A stretch of DNA of 64,000 bases, taken from NCBI RefSeq assembly GCF_006345805.1, contig NC_043008.1, forward strand, positions 7,998,001-8,062,000, written 5' to 3'. The position numbers were made by a program, and so were the translations under genes. Source of the DNA: Octopus sinensis. Lineage: Eukaryota. This document shows, piece after piece, positions 11,201-24,852 of this stretch (position 1 is its first letter; every line of letters begins with the position of its first letter). The notes below the pieces were generated by a model that saw nothing but the letters and a program-made list of their open reading frames with translations, ran no database searches and was not told where the DNA came from.

Positions 11201-12475
11201 TTATGCCTAACATATTTCATTTGGTTAATTGCGATAGCTGCTGATACAAGAACCGTAGAAAATGCAATTGTCGAAATCATTACATTCCAGTTTAAATGCC
11301 ACGTCAATAAGGACAATGCTTATGCATATGAACTGAATGTCTATTTAAAATTCTATAGCTTTAGCTATATTTTGCGTGCTTCCATATATAGTTTATAAAT
11401 ATTTGTATATTATATATCATGTTCTGCTAAAATACTTCCGATAACATTTAAAATATATTCAACATGCAGCGGTTTCTTTATATTATATTTACTTCTTGAG
11501 TGGTTTCAATGACAGAATTGTTAAAGTTTTAAAAAATTATGTATTGTGGCAATTGTTCTACTTCTCAAAATTATAACCTAAAAATACACTGCGATTACTT
11601 TGTCTTCCATCTTCGTGGTGTCGTTAAAAATATTCTAATCCTGATGAAACAGTGGACTGGAATTACTCTGATATATGTCAGCAGGTAGATAAGTAGGATA
11701 TTGCCTTCATGACGGTACTGATTTCTCATGTGCCAAAACAGTTGTCTGCATTCCTTTAGATAAACGAATTAGGACAAATGGTCAACCGATTTATACATTT
11801 CAAATGAATTCCACTAATAAGATTTCGAAAGCATTGTGGTCGAAATTAAAAGGAAAGAATATGGAAATAAAGTTGTTCGTTTATAAGATTTTGAATGTAT
11901 ATGTAAAAACAAAGAGCATTACTGACTATTGTTATGCTTATGCCGACGAAATTGTGTGTTAATGAAATAAAAATTACCTAAATTTAATTTTCGTTTGCTG
12001 TTTTATCCACTGGCATCACAACTATCTCAATGACATATATTGTCGTTCATATTAACAAAAGCAAGAGCAGTGAACCAGTAAAGTGGATGTGTATAAAGTT
12101 ATGTTGGGGCCAGGGATTTCAAGTACGAACGAAAATATGAAAACAATAAAATGTATTTGCCAAAGAATCTACTCTGAAGTGAACTGTATATTGTCGTCTT
12201 AATGTACATTACCATAGACTGAAGTGAAGTATTTCAGGTATAGATCTATAGTTTCATGACATATGCAGATTGAAGGCTGAAAACATATCACTTTGCCAGG
12301 GATGAATGACTTCTACATCGATTACACGAGGAACGAATATGGAGATAGCATAAAAGTTTACGATCCAACATTTTCAAATCTCAACACATATGTTCCTAAT
12401 ACATATCATATGTCATTAAAAGATTACATATATCTAGATATATATATCTATCTAAGCATATCTATATCTATCTAA

Positions 12476-12532
<57 letters not shown>

Positions 12533-14486
12533 CATGAAACATTACTTTACGTGGTTATTGAAGCGACATAGTCGTATTATATTCCTCTTTTATGCGCAAT
12601 ATGAAAGCTAGAGATATTTTTGTAGCATAAAAATAGTAAAAGAATCTGCACTCTTGTTCTACTCTGATCTTAATTTTGAAAATATCTACGCCTAAAAAAT
12701 AACAATCATGATATAAAGCGTAAGAAAAGCGTTGCATATATTTCTATTAATAGGGTATCAATATGATATATGGCGTATTTAAATTAGTTTTTAACATCGC
12801 CTATTTGATTATTTCTCATCTACGAAAACGCGTAAGTATATTACGGACGTCAGAGACCGGAAAAATCGAGATATATGTGTTATATTTGCATAAAGGACAG
12901 GCCTTATTAATTTCAGAAATTTTAATAATATTTTCCAACAGAATATTGATTTTGCCTAATATTTAATGCACAGGGACTGAATTGTTCGAAGACAATTATG
13001 TATAATGAATTCATAAAAATACATAAGAAAAATAATGAAAATAAGGAAGATTATAGCAAAAATACAAATATCAATATTTTATCAAATAACCTCGTTGGAA
13101 AATTGCAGATTTCATACTGGATAGAAATGAACCAAAATAAAGATTGCTAGGCAGAAATGTGCATATCCATATTCGATGAAAACATGCTACTGAATCGGGT
13201 ATTTTTCATTATAGATCAGCTGCCGTCATAGGACATGCGAAGTTATTAAATCCTAGACGTTGCCTCTCTGTTCCAAAATAATTAGAATTCAAGAAAAAGA
13301 AAATAAATGAATTACGAAGACATGAAAGATATTTATCTAATTTTACACGCACATGAATAAAACACCAGCGGTATGTAATTAAACTCTAAAATGGCGTCTG
13401 TTTGCACTTAATTTTACCTTCTATATAGAAAAGTTATATACGCTGCCTTTGCCGAGAATTATTTATATACTTTTTTATCATTTATATTTTGATATTTATG
13501 TTGATTTATATATTAGTTATTTCTATATAAAACAAGCTTTAGGACTAAATTAGAAGTTTCGCTTCACATCTTATACGAAGTAAAAAAACATATTTTTCTC
13601 GTTCAAATAATATCATGTTTTTAGTAGGGGTTATATTTCCTTTGTACGTTTGAGAAATAGATAAAATAGATAAAAGGAGGTGTAGTAGTTAAAATTGTCA
13701 TATAAAACCCTTGAATTTACAAATCATTTGATCGAATACTTTCCATGATTTTTAAATTGAAAATGATAATTTTAATCATTTAAGAGGCGGCTGGTGTCAT
13801 ATAAACTTATTTGTGAATGGTCTCTTTTATTTGATGTGACCAAAGCAGCGACATATCAGTTTATGTCTTGAAATCGCTCGGAAAATAGAGTCCATATAAA
13901 ACTTCACTGATAATGTTAAATATGTGTGAACGAGGTGTATGTCACGACACTTTACATCAGTTAGAGTGACGTATAGACATAAAATGTGACCATCATTACA
14001 TCAAATATTTACCTAGTAAATGTAGGAAGTAGAAAACTAAATATAATTTCAATATATGTAGCCATATAGATTATGCGAATATATGCTACACATTACTCTA
14101 TTTACTGCCTGTTAACGACATCGGGGTTATATACATAGAGGTGGCCACCACACGCGCCTTGTTTATTTATAACATATAAGAATATAGGAAATACAAGAAT
14201 TATGTAAAGTAAGCGGACTAAAACATAATGAAGTGCACTTTTTAGTATGGCCTCTTTCACTTTCACTTCTAATACATAAACAGAGTAAAGTATCTGTGTT
14301 CAAGTGAATTAATTAAAGTAGGAATCACATTTTCGCTGAACTCATAGCGTAGAAACTACACATACTTAAATGAAATTCATTTTATTTCAGCATTTAAGGT
14401 CCATGGAATATATTGATAATTGTCTTCTAATTTAAATGACTTCGTTAAAAATATGTGTGCATATGTATACATTGACATACTTCGAT

Positions 14487-14517
<31 letters not shown>

Positions 14518-14534
14518 CATACATACATATATGT

Positions 14535-14621
<87 letters not shown>

Positions 14622-14637
14622 TACATGCATACATACA

Positions 14638-14696
<59 letters not shown>

Positions 14697-16749
14697 ATAT
14701 GTATATATATATGTATTTATATATATGTGTGTGTGTGTATGTATATAGGCGCAGGAGTGACTTATTTATTTTTGCTGGTGATCATGACGATTTGTATTCT
14801 TAAGTAAAATTTTGAAACGATAATAGGAAACAGCTCTTCATCAATCAGGAGGGGTTTTGACGCTAGCAGATCTAGTATCTCCTTGACTTTGATTATGCTG
14901 ATCTTGCCCCGATTTGCTTCAATGATGTGTTGCAGAAAACTCATTAACCTCATTTAAAAATTGTGTAAATTAGTTCATGTTCTCATTAGCGCATATGACT
15001 GTAAATGTCAATGATAGTAAATTAATTAAACGCACAACACAATGAGGTCATCGACTTCATGTGCCTTGGAGCCAATGCTTTCAGAATTAGAACGAATTCC
15101 AGACACACACGAAAGAAACTGGAATGCCAGTAACATGTTTCATAAACATTAACAGCCAGGTATTTCTAAGGGAAAAGTTTGCTCTTTTTCCATGCTTGTA
15201 TATAAAGAAGAATTTTCTAAATAAAGCGTAAACAGGCATATAAATAAGCAACAGTAAAATCGTTTCAGCGTTACGTACACCAGTTATTTACGAGCATATG
15301 AAAAAAAAACATCGCATGTCGTAAACGTCAGACCAAAGAAGAATTTTATGAATATAGTCCAGTGTTATCACAAAGCAGGATTTCATGACCATTGCTGTCG
15401 TGCTGAACCCCAGGTCATTACGATGATGCGTTTCGAAGAATTCCAGATCGTAAGAAAAAAAAACGATATTATGAGACAAAAGCATAAAATTGTGGACGTA
15501 CAAAAACAAATGTGGGATAGATTCGTGTTGCAACATGGGGAAACGACCACCTCGGTTGCAACCAATTAAGTGTGTGTGTGTGTGTGTGTGTGTTTGTGTG
15601 TGTACGTATATGAATGTGCGTATACGTGTATGCGTGTTTGAAAAAGAAACATATGAACTGGTAGATACGCTCAATTTTAGATTGATCACTAGGAGAGTTG
15701 TGCAAAACCATTCTATTATGTAAGACATTACTTTATTATGTACTACACTTCTGTTCAGTACAAATGTTCACATTTGTTTCTGTAATAAGCTTTTCAGCGA
15801 TTTCTGGAATTTCTTGGTGTGTAAACATGTCCCTATATGCATTGAAATATACATTTTTAATCAATGCGCCATACATAAGTATATGCATACATATATATAC
15901 ACACACGCATGCACACAAACACATACACACAGCCAAGTACAAATATATGTATGCGTATGTGTATTTTTGTTTATTTATATGTATGTGTATGTATTTTACA
16001 TGTATACACATATATGTGCATGGATTCATGTATATTTGTTCACTTATGTATGTCCATGTGTGTGTAGTCTTTTTTATTAAATATACATACTTTAATACAA
16101 TTTCACAACAAAATTCCCGAGTTATTACTAGCTGTAAGCTATTCATCGTTTTTATACTTATATAGACTTGGAGCAGTAAGAATTTCGGATTACATTTAAC
16201 AACGAATTCTTCCAAAAACAAATAATTTTTTGACATCGGTAAATTTCTTCGTAACCAACGCTTTTCGACATGTATGTTTATTTTACGATATCCCACAACA
16301 TCCTCTCTCCTGCATCCTCCCTTCACAATCTGATTTCACTTTACAACTGTTTTGAAATGCCATTTCTAACTAATTTTCATTGTTTTTGTTCTTCGATAAA
16401 AGCTAAAATTAATTTATAAGCACACCTCCTGTGCCCCATTGATGTAAAAACATTCAGCAAATGATACAGTTTGCAGTCCATACATGCTAGCATGAAATCT
16501 AACTTTCTCCCCCTTCCTTTCATTTTTCATTCATTTTCGTGTTTTCTTCTTTCGCCTCCTATTTTTTGGTTCTTTTTCCCTTATTTCTTCTTTCATTGCC
16601 ATTCGATCTTTTCCAACGGCTTTTCTTCCACTAAATGTTATTGCTACATTGTTCCCCTTTCATTCATTATACTACACAATCAAGGCCTAAGAATTTCAAA
16701 TTGTTGAGCTTTCATTTTTTATATTTTGCCAACGCTGTGTCTTATGGCG

Positions 16750-16910
16750 ACAAAACCTGTTTTTGAAAATCCTTGATAACGCAGGAGCACATTAACATAT
16801 CAACACCTCATACAATAAGAATCAATATCAATTTTTTTACCCTTTATTCCCAAAAGAAAGCTGTTGTACGAGTGCAAAGACACGATAACCAAGTTCCACT
16901 CAATTAATTG
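16750..16910 (+). pseudogene. pogo/Tigger-like DDE transposase relic
   Basis: ILDNAGAH followed by an I.FLP-like stretch, matching the DDE_1 motif order. Heavily decayed. Confidence 0.45.
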
Positions 16911-17446
16911 GTTCAAATGACTGAAAGTTGAAAATTTAACGAAACACTTGGGAAACATGGACATCAGCTAGGTTTGAAATATCGTTAAGTTGTAGTAAAA
17001 TTCAGGACGTGCTACACATCTGCTTTTCATTTAAAGGATATCAGAACAGTGGTGCATGAGCTAGAGGGATACGATAAGTTGCTAGATCACATATATAGCA
17101 GATAAATATGGGACCGTAATGAACAAATCAACAACCAGTCGTATAAAAATGTATTTGATACATGGGGAGGAGATGCTTAATTTACAAATAGGTTTAGGTG
17201 TAGGTTTGAATAGCTTTAAGCATGAGAAAATACCCGATATGATGAGACTCAGAATAACACAGAATTGCGATCGTAGGATTGACGCAGCATCTGACTCTGG
17301 AGAAGATGCAACTGTAGAGAATTGCGGATTATTAGTGAGATATCCTGTATATCACCCATTATAGGCGTTTCCCTCAGCGAAAACAGTATCTAAATACGTA
17401 TCAAAACAATTGTTTCTACATATATTCGTCATAAGATGTAAATATA

Positions 17447-17582
17447 TATATACATTAATATATATTAAATATATATAAATTAATATATATTAAATATATA
17501 TACATTAATATATATTAAATATATATAAATATATGCCTTAATATATATCATATGTTAATATATGTTAATATATGTTAACACA
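17447..17582. repeat. AT-rich minisatellites: ~22-bp unit x3-4, then 10-bp atatgttaat x3
   Basis: Tandem repeats directly visible. Confidence 0.85.
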
Positions 17583-18380
17583 TATTTACATACATATATA
17601 CGTATGAATGCGTGTATATATTTAGGTGAGTCTGTATTAATATAACAATGTATTGACGTGTGTGCATGTATCATGTTTCACTTATGTTTTCATATCTCTA
17701 TTCTATGAAAGTCAACACTACTAGATACCCTGTGTTCGTTTGCCTAATCACTAATAACGCCTCACTTCGGCAAACAGTAGACTAATAGTACAGATTCTTT
17801 GGACTTTACTGAAAATTCCTGGGAAGATATGCTTAAATATACCCCCAGATATCGTACCGAGTATGGTAATATGCCTGAAATCAAACACATGCCTAAAAAA
17901 CGACGAAACACACAAACTTTTCACCATATATTCAATATATTTCAATATATGCTCAATATATTTCCCAAAACTTTAGTCTTTATAACTCGTTATCTCTGTT
18001 GTTTTCGTTTGTGATTTAAAGCTTTTGCTTTTCACAATACAAAACGGTCTCTCACCAAATCAAAAGTCAAAAAAGCTCTTGGCCTTTCCATTGGACAATG
18101 GAGTTGATTGGTCTGTATTTCATGAGTGTGAGAGATAAATGTTCTCATGCATTGAACGTTACATATCGCTTTAGTACACAGCAATATCTGCGATGTTCTC
18201 AGTATGTCTATTCATGTTGTTGTATATAATTATATTCAAATTAAAACTCCCTGGAACTTTTAGTAAGAGATCGTGTTTAAAGAAAGGGAATTACGTTATC
18301 TTGTTCTTGTTAGGAGAAACCAGCAATCATAATATATACTCAGATCTCGTGCTATGTAGAACAGTGCACACACACACACA

Positions 18381-18438
<58 letters not shown>

Positions 18439-18440
<2 letters not shown>

Positions 18441-18835
18441 AGCATTTTCATTCAAACTCTTTTATATATATATATATATATATACAAGAATGGTTTTATA
18501 CTGTCAATCTAACACGAACGTGACAGTAGGGGGTACACCACCGCTGTTTAGCCCTAGGAAGCTTCGACGCCTCCTGATGGCTTTGACGCATTTTTCCTGT
18601 GTCCTTATATACAATTATATAAATGTATATAAGGACACAGGAAAATGTGTCAAAGCCATCAGGAGGCGTCGATGCTTCCTAGGGCTAAACAGCGGTGTTG
18701 TACCCCCTACTGTCAGGTTCGTGATAGATTGACAGTATACAACCATTCTATCGCCCCACCACCGTACATATCTCTACGAGAGATTTAGAAATTTAGTATT
18801 TCTGATATATACAAGAGTTTGAATGAAAATGCTTA
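18439..18835. repeat. Nested fold-back: ~131-bp inner inverted arms plus ~30-bp outer inverted arms
   Basis: 18487-18618 vs 18619-18749 differ by about 7 mismatches and 1 indel. 18439-18468 vs 18806-18835 differ by 1 mismatch. Confidence 0.95.
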
Positions 18836-19325
18836 TTGTTGATGTAAAAGCTGTAGACTTTTGCGTTCGGTTTTCGTAAATGTTTCTCCCTAACTTTTGA
18901 CGAGAGCTTTACACACGCCTCGCTGCTGATACAAAGCATGATATTTTGCGCTTCAGATACAAGAATATCCAAATTTCTGTGATGAGAGCATGTTGCTGAT
19001 TTAATTGGAATACTTCAATAAATGGAATGGATAAGCATTGCTTCGAGTATGCCAATACTGGGCATAACATTCTTAGATGTTTTAACGTAAATGTCATATT
19101 TCAGTGACAGTTTGTATCTTGCTGAACTTTCTTAGAAATTGCTCATCTTATGAGTGATATCTTGTACTGTAGTATTGCAAAAATCAACATGTTCTATCAC
19201 AAAGCATACGTATTAAAGACTTTGAATTTCTTCCAATAATAATAATGTATTTGTCTTGAGATGTTTGCCTTGCATTAACGTTTGTTGTCCTCTTTAAAAA
19301 TTATATATATATATATATATATATA

Positions 19326-19482
19326 TTGGTAAAAACGGTAAGATAACAAAAGAAAGAAAGAGACCCCTCAATATTACGTAAATAGAGAAATTTATCTGTA
19401 AATATAATATGTGACAATTATTCGGTAGCCAAGATAAAACTCTGAGTTTCGAATGCCGTGGTGGATATCCATTCCACCATCT
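19326..19482 (-). mobile_element. Truncated PLE-type repeat retaining the 3' half of a hammerhead
   Basis: Minus strand has a tggtgga/tccacca hairpin, then ..c-GAAA-ctcagag-TT. The CTGANGA half is missing at the (TA)n junction. Confidence 0.4.
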
Positions 19483-19483
19483 A

Positions 19484-19521
<38 letters not shown>

Positions 19522-19734
19522 CATTTTTGTGCAAATGTATGCAGTAGCATATATATGTATGTATAACACGGGTATATATGAGCACGTTTATGTGTTAGAG
19601 TGAGTGTGGCTGTGTGTGTCTCTGTGTGTGAGTGTGTGTGTGTACTTGTGTGTATGTATGTGTAAGTTTTGTGTCTGCATTTTTCTCCTTCTTTTCATCA
19701 TACATCCACAGTCTTTTTAAGAATGGAATCAATA

Positions 19735-20030
19735 AATTTTTCAATTGCTTTTTGCTGCAATCTGATGCAGCGTATGCAGCTTGTCAGTCACAAGATTTGG
19801 CAATAACGAAGTACAAGTTTTTAAGCAACGTCTCTATCAAAGAATGTCTCATGCGACGATGAGGAATTTATTTTCATAGTCTCAGAGTCTTCGGATTAAG
19901 TGATACAAGAGGTGAACAGTTCCTTGCTCTCTCACCTACGACTTGCCTGACTTTTGTAAGTCTCCATTGGAAATAATTGGCAGATATGGCCGTCAAGTGT
20001 CTCGTTTTATGGTGGTTCTACTGCACATAG
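19735..20030 (-). pseudogene. Degenerate mariner transposase N-terminal relic
   Basis: GRP-like gacggcca followed downstream by KL..R.LPNLVTDK, resembling the WVPHEL linker. Many lesions. Confidence 0.35.
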
Positions 20031-21685
20031 CGTTAGATGTCTACAATATGCATACATACGCATACACCACAAACATACACACACACACGCACTCATCCCC
20101 ACATATGTATATATATATATATATATATAGACATATACATCATTCAATATAACATAATAAACAACATAATACAATATATCATATTTTATTATGTTATATT
20201 ATATTATATTATATATTACATTCAAAAAAATACCCTGTAGTAGAAATAAGAATATACGAATATTCTTTATATGGCGTTGATGTACGCAAAAAGAAAACGA
20301 CGGGAATTCTCGAGACGATCTGTTTCATGGTTTATTGAAATGAATGTATAGGCATCGACGCTGAAATATTGAACCTTTTCTACATATTTAATAAAATAGG
20401 CCGATAATACGATGTTCCAGTCTTGTATTGAGACCACTTTAATAAAATATATTACGCGAAATCATGTGGTATTGAGTCAATGTTGTAGATCGATACTCAA
20501 TCTTTTAACATACATAATACACATTTGTGTACATGTTATTTACCAATAAATTTGCGTGAATATCACTGCATTAGAGTTTGAGAAATATTCATGATAGGAC
20601 CCTACGTCCTAGTTTTTTTTTTTATGAAGATGACAGAAATATTTATTCTCTCGCTTGCATGTTTACTAAATATTTGTTATATGCATCGAAAAGCATATTG
20701 AAAAGAAGGAACGAATATATTTAATTTTGTACCAGTTCATTAGAAGAATTCCCTAGAAATATGTTGAATATGCTTGTGACTTCATCGCGTATCCAGGGAA
20801 AGTCACAAGTGCTGTAATTTATATTCAATTGACCTAACAGAGACTGGAAACCGCAGCAATGTTAACATAAGCCTAATATTTAGTCCGATTCAGTTTTGGT
20901 CGGCACTTTCATCGAGAAATATAACTTATGGCTAGAAATGTTAGATGGCATTTTCTTTCTATGGAACCAATCCTTAAATAAATCATTAAAGATTATTAAA
21001 ATTTCTTTGTATTTAAAATTTCCTAATAGTTAAAATTTAATTATTGTTAAGCAATTAAATATTACATCATTCCTCGAAAGCTGTTTAGTGAATATGAGGG
21101 CGTACTTTCATTAGTAGATTACTTTTAGGAAGAAATTTACTCTAAAAATATAAATTTCAGAAGATGACAACTTAATTTCTTTTCATTTCTTTTCTTATGA
21201 TAGTCGAATAAAATAATTAAGCACACAACGGCCATACTGTTGAAAATGTATAACTTTCTACATTCATATGGGGAAGTAAAACAATGTAACAACGCTTAAA
21301 ACTCATTACGAAATGGAGACAATGTGTTGAATGACGTAATAACTATGCTACCTGCCTTAATCCATCTGATTTTTTCGGTGGCACATTCAGGTCCAAGCGT
21401 ATGTTCTCAGATATTTAAGTTGCATGACGTATTGACGAGAGTTAACGATGATTCAATTTGTGCATGTGCACACAACGCATCGCGGTGGAACTAAATATTT
21501 GTTGCAGTGAGAGCTTGAGATCAGTGAGAGAATGTATGTGCATGTATGTGTACGTGTGTGTTTGCACGCGCGAACGATAGTAAGAGAGAGGGAGTTGCGC
21601 TGCTATTTTAACAGTATGGTTGAGGACATAACGAAAGACATTTGCAGCAACGGCTTGAAGAAAGTGGAATGAATTTCAACTGTTG

Positions 21686-21858
21686 TGGCGGTAGGTGAGT
21701 TCAAATTCCGCCGAGGTCGACTTTGCCTCTCATCCTTTCGGGGTCGATAAATTAAGTACCACTTACGCACTGGGGTCTATGTAATCGACTTAATACCTAT
21801 GTCTGTCCTTGTTTGTCCCCTCTGTGTTTAGCCCCTTGTGGGTAGTAAAGAAATAGGT
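21686..21858 (+). mobile_element. S1 SINE with internally deleted head
   Basis: gtgagttcaaattccgccgaggtcgactttgcctctcatcctttcggggtcgataaattaagtacc is nearly identical to the 28831 copy. Confidence 0.85.
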
Positions 21859-23012
21859 AGGATGGAAATAGCATACACGAACTGCAGAGAGGGATAGGAC
21901 AATATGCTTCCAAAAATGGCAGTAAATTACGAAGTTAGTGTATATATTACCTTGAATGTTTCTTCGGGGTTTATCTCTATTTTCTACTCTAAGACAATTC
22001 AATTTCTTGATCATAACCCTTAACACAAGCGCGCAAAAGAATGACACACATGTCCTGTAAAATATATCTATATGTGCGTAGGATGCTAGTAATATATTTA
22101 ATTATCATTTGAGTCATTTACACCTGTCTGATCAGGTATTCCATGAGGCAGTTTTCTTTCGGTAAAAACTAAACTAATATTTGTGTATTTTATCGAACCA
22201 AGGTATCTGAGTGAAAAATATGTAGTCAACCCAAATCTCTGGAGTGTAACTAAAGATAAAATTATTAGTCTCACGACAAAATTTAGACAACAATCGGAGC
22301 CACTTCCTTCGATTCCAAATTGCTAGAATAAATTTTGGAACTTAACGGCCCGTAGTTAGATGCAACATATCATTTATAGAGCGGCAATATCGTTTGGGCT
22401 AGCGCTTTACCGAAGCGAAACGGTGGTAGTTTATCACTGGGGCGGTCTGTAAAGATTAATAGACACCTAACACTAAAAATTGCTCTCAAACAAGATAAGT
22501 AATAGAAAGATCATCAGAGTACCGTAGAAATACAAGCGGTTTCTACAGGACTTTATGAAATTAAGGAAATGTGAAGACTCGCCCACATCACATAATCTGA
22601 TGTAAACCGTCAGTTCAATAAAATAATTTGCTCATTGAAAGTTCAAATCGGTGTGTTGGTCATTGACAGAGATGCGTCCATACTTCTTCTGTACCGTTCA
22701 AGTTTATTTCCTGTGGATATAGTATTCCGCATCGATTATTTCCTGTGGATTTACTTTTTTGCATCATTCGCAGGTGCCCAATTTAAAATAAAAATGTTGT
22801 TGGAAGTATCGTAAATAACGATTCATCTCAAGCAAATATTGTGTCAAAATTTGTGAATCAACTTAAAATGAGTGTGTGTCTGCTTGTTTGTATGCGTGTG
22901 TGTGTGTGTGTGTGTGCGTGTGTATGAATGTGTGTGTGAGTGTGTGCGTGTGTATGCGTATATGTATATTCATATGCTCATGTGTATATAAACATGTATA
23001 AGTGTGTGTTTT

Positions 23013-23055
<43 letters not shown>

Positions 23056-23309
23056 CAAATATACATATTTGTCTATCCAGGAACTTGACTTGCTCAAATT
23101 GCTAATTCCAGACTGTTAACCCGATAAATCGATTCTGTATTATGAAAGAAGCCGTTTTAACCAAACAACGTTGATACAATTACAGAAGACACACGAGAAC
23201 TTTCAAAAACATCTCATAGTAATTGTCATAAAATAAGTTTTTTTATTACTACCGCAATTTTTCAATATAAAACGGTGTATTTCACTGTTTCTATACATAT
23301 TGGTTTTAA

Positions 23310-23515
23310 ATTTTAGAAGAAAGCCTGCAATTTCGTATTATGTTGTAAGTCGATTGAACCGGCTGCAGTGCTCAAACGGTAGTTATTTTATCGACCTTGA
23401 AACGCTGAAAGTCAAAGATGACTTCGTTAGAATTTGAACTCACTGCATAAAGACAGGCGAAATGCTGCTAAGGATTTTGCCGGCGTGCTAACGATTCTCC
23501 CAAGTCAGTGCCTTA
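23310..23515 (-). mobile_element. S1 SINE (older copy)
   Basis: Reverse complement of the S1 head and the ttttatcgacc domain. Confidence 0.7.
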
Positions 23516-23551
23516 ACATTCAACACGCCACGTTATTCTTGGATATAGATA

Positions 23552-23772
23552 TTGGTTTCAAATTTTGGTACAAGCTGAAGGCCAGCAATTCCTAGGAAAG
23601 GGATAAGTCGACTACATTGAACTCAGTTCTCATATGGTACTTATTTTATCGACTCAGAAAAGATGAGAGGTAAAATCGAGCCCGATGGCATTTGAACTCA
23701 GAAACTAATGTCGGAATACATGCCACAAATAATTTATTACTGCAAAGTAACGAATCAACCACCACGCCGCCC
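23552..23772 (-). mobile_element. S1 SINE (older copy), tandem to the previous one
   Basis: ggtacttattttatcgac...tttgaactcagaa...cgccgcc; shares the ggtttcaaattttgg tail. Confidence 0.7.
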
Positions 23773-24429
23773 TGAGCGTGAATATAAATGTTAGTGACAC
23801 ACATGGTAATTTCTCTTGAGATTTAAACTCGCGAATGTGGTTGGTTTAATGAGTTTGCCTAATCAAATATTTAGTCACTTCTTGGCGAAGTAGAGCACTA
23901 CGCAATGTAGTTTATGGTCACTAGTGTACGTGTATGTACATATATTATTCTTATGTTATGTAATAAATACCTCTTGTTCTCTTTTCTCGGACAGATGTAA
24001 TATCGAGAAGTTATATGATATCTATGATTATATAATCTCTTGCCCTCCGTGTATGTAACGCATGAGACTTTGCAGCATATATGAACGTATATGAACATAC
24101 GCATACATATAATTATATATACATAAGCATTCACTCTCCTTCTCATAATATTTGGGATGCAGCTGTGCGTCGTTAATCAGTTAGAGGTGAATGTCTTCTT
24201 GGGGTTAAAAAATGGCAGCAACGTCCGTTCAAACGGACAGCCATGCTGAAGTGGCTACGAACATTACTTATATATACGTATATGCATAAATACCATTTGT
24301 GTGTGTATATATATATATACACATATGGTATTTATGCATATACGTATATATAAGTAATGTTCGTAGCCACTTCATATATATATATATATATGCATATATT
24401 ATATATATATATATAATATATATATATAT

Positions 24430-24482
<53 letters not shown>

Positions 24483-24813
24483 TATATATAGTGAGAGAGT
24501 GGGGTGGAGGTTTGAGACCTGAGAGAAAATACCGCTTCACTAAACCAAGTACGTTGTAGTTAAGAAATACATATATTTGAAAATGTAAGGACAATATATG
24601 GAGATTTATTTAAATTTCAAATTAAGCATATATGCATATACATACCTAATTAACCGGTTTCGCATTTCTTGATTTTGAAAATGTACGTCATTGAAGAACG
24701 TTGAGTTGTATGAAACGCTGTATCTTTTCTGCGTATTTTGTTGCTAGGTTGAATCAAATACAAGCGACACACACGAGGGTACTCGTGCAGGAACACGCAC
24801 ATTTGCGTTTTCA

Positions 24814-24852
<39 letters not shown>

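Noticed and set aside
18490-18732. 80-aa ORF across the palindrome
   Set aside because: By-product of the symmetric sequence, with no recognisable domain.
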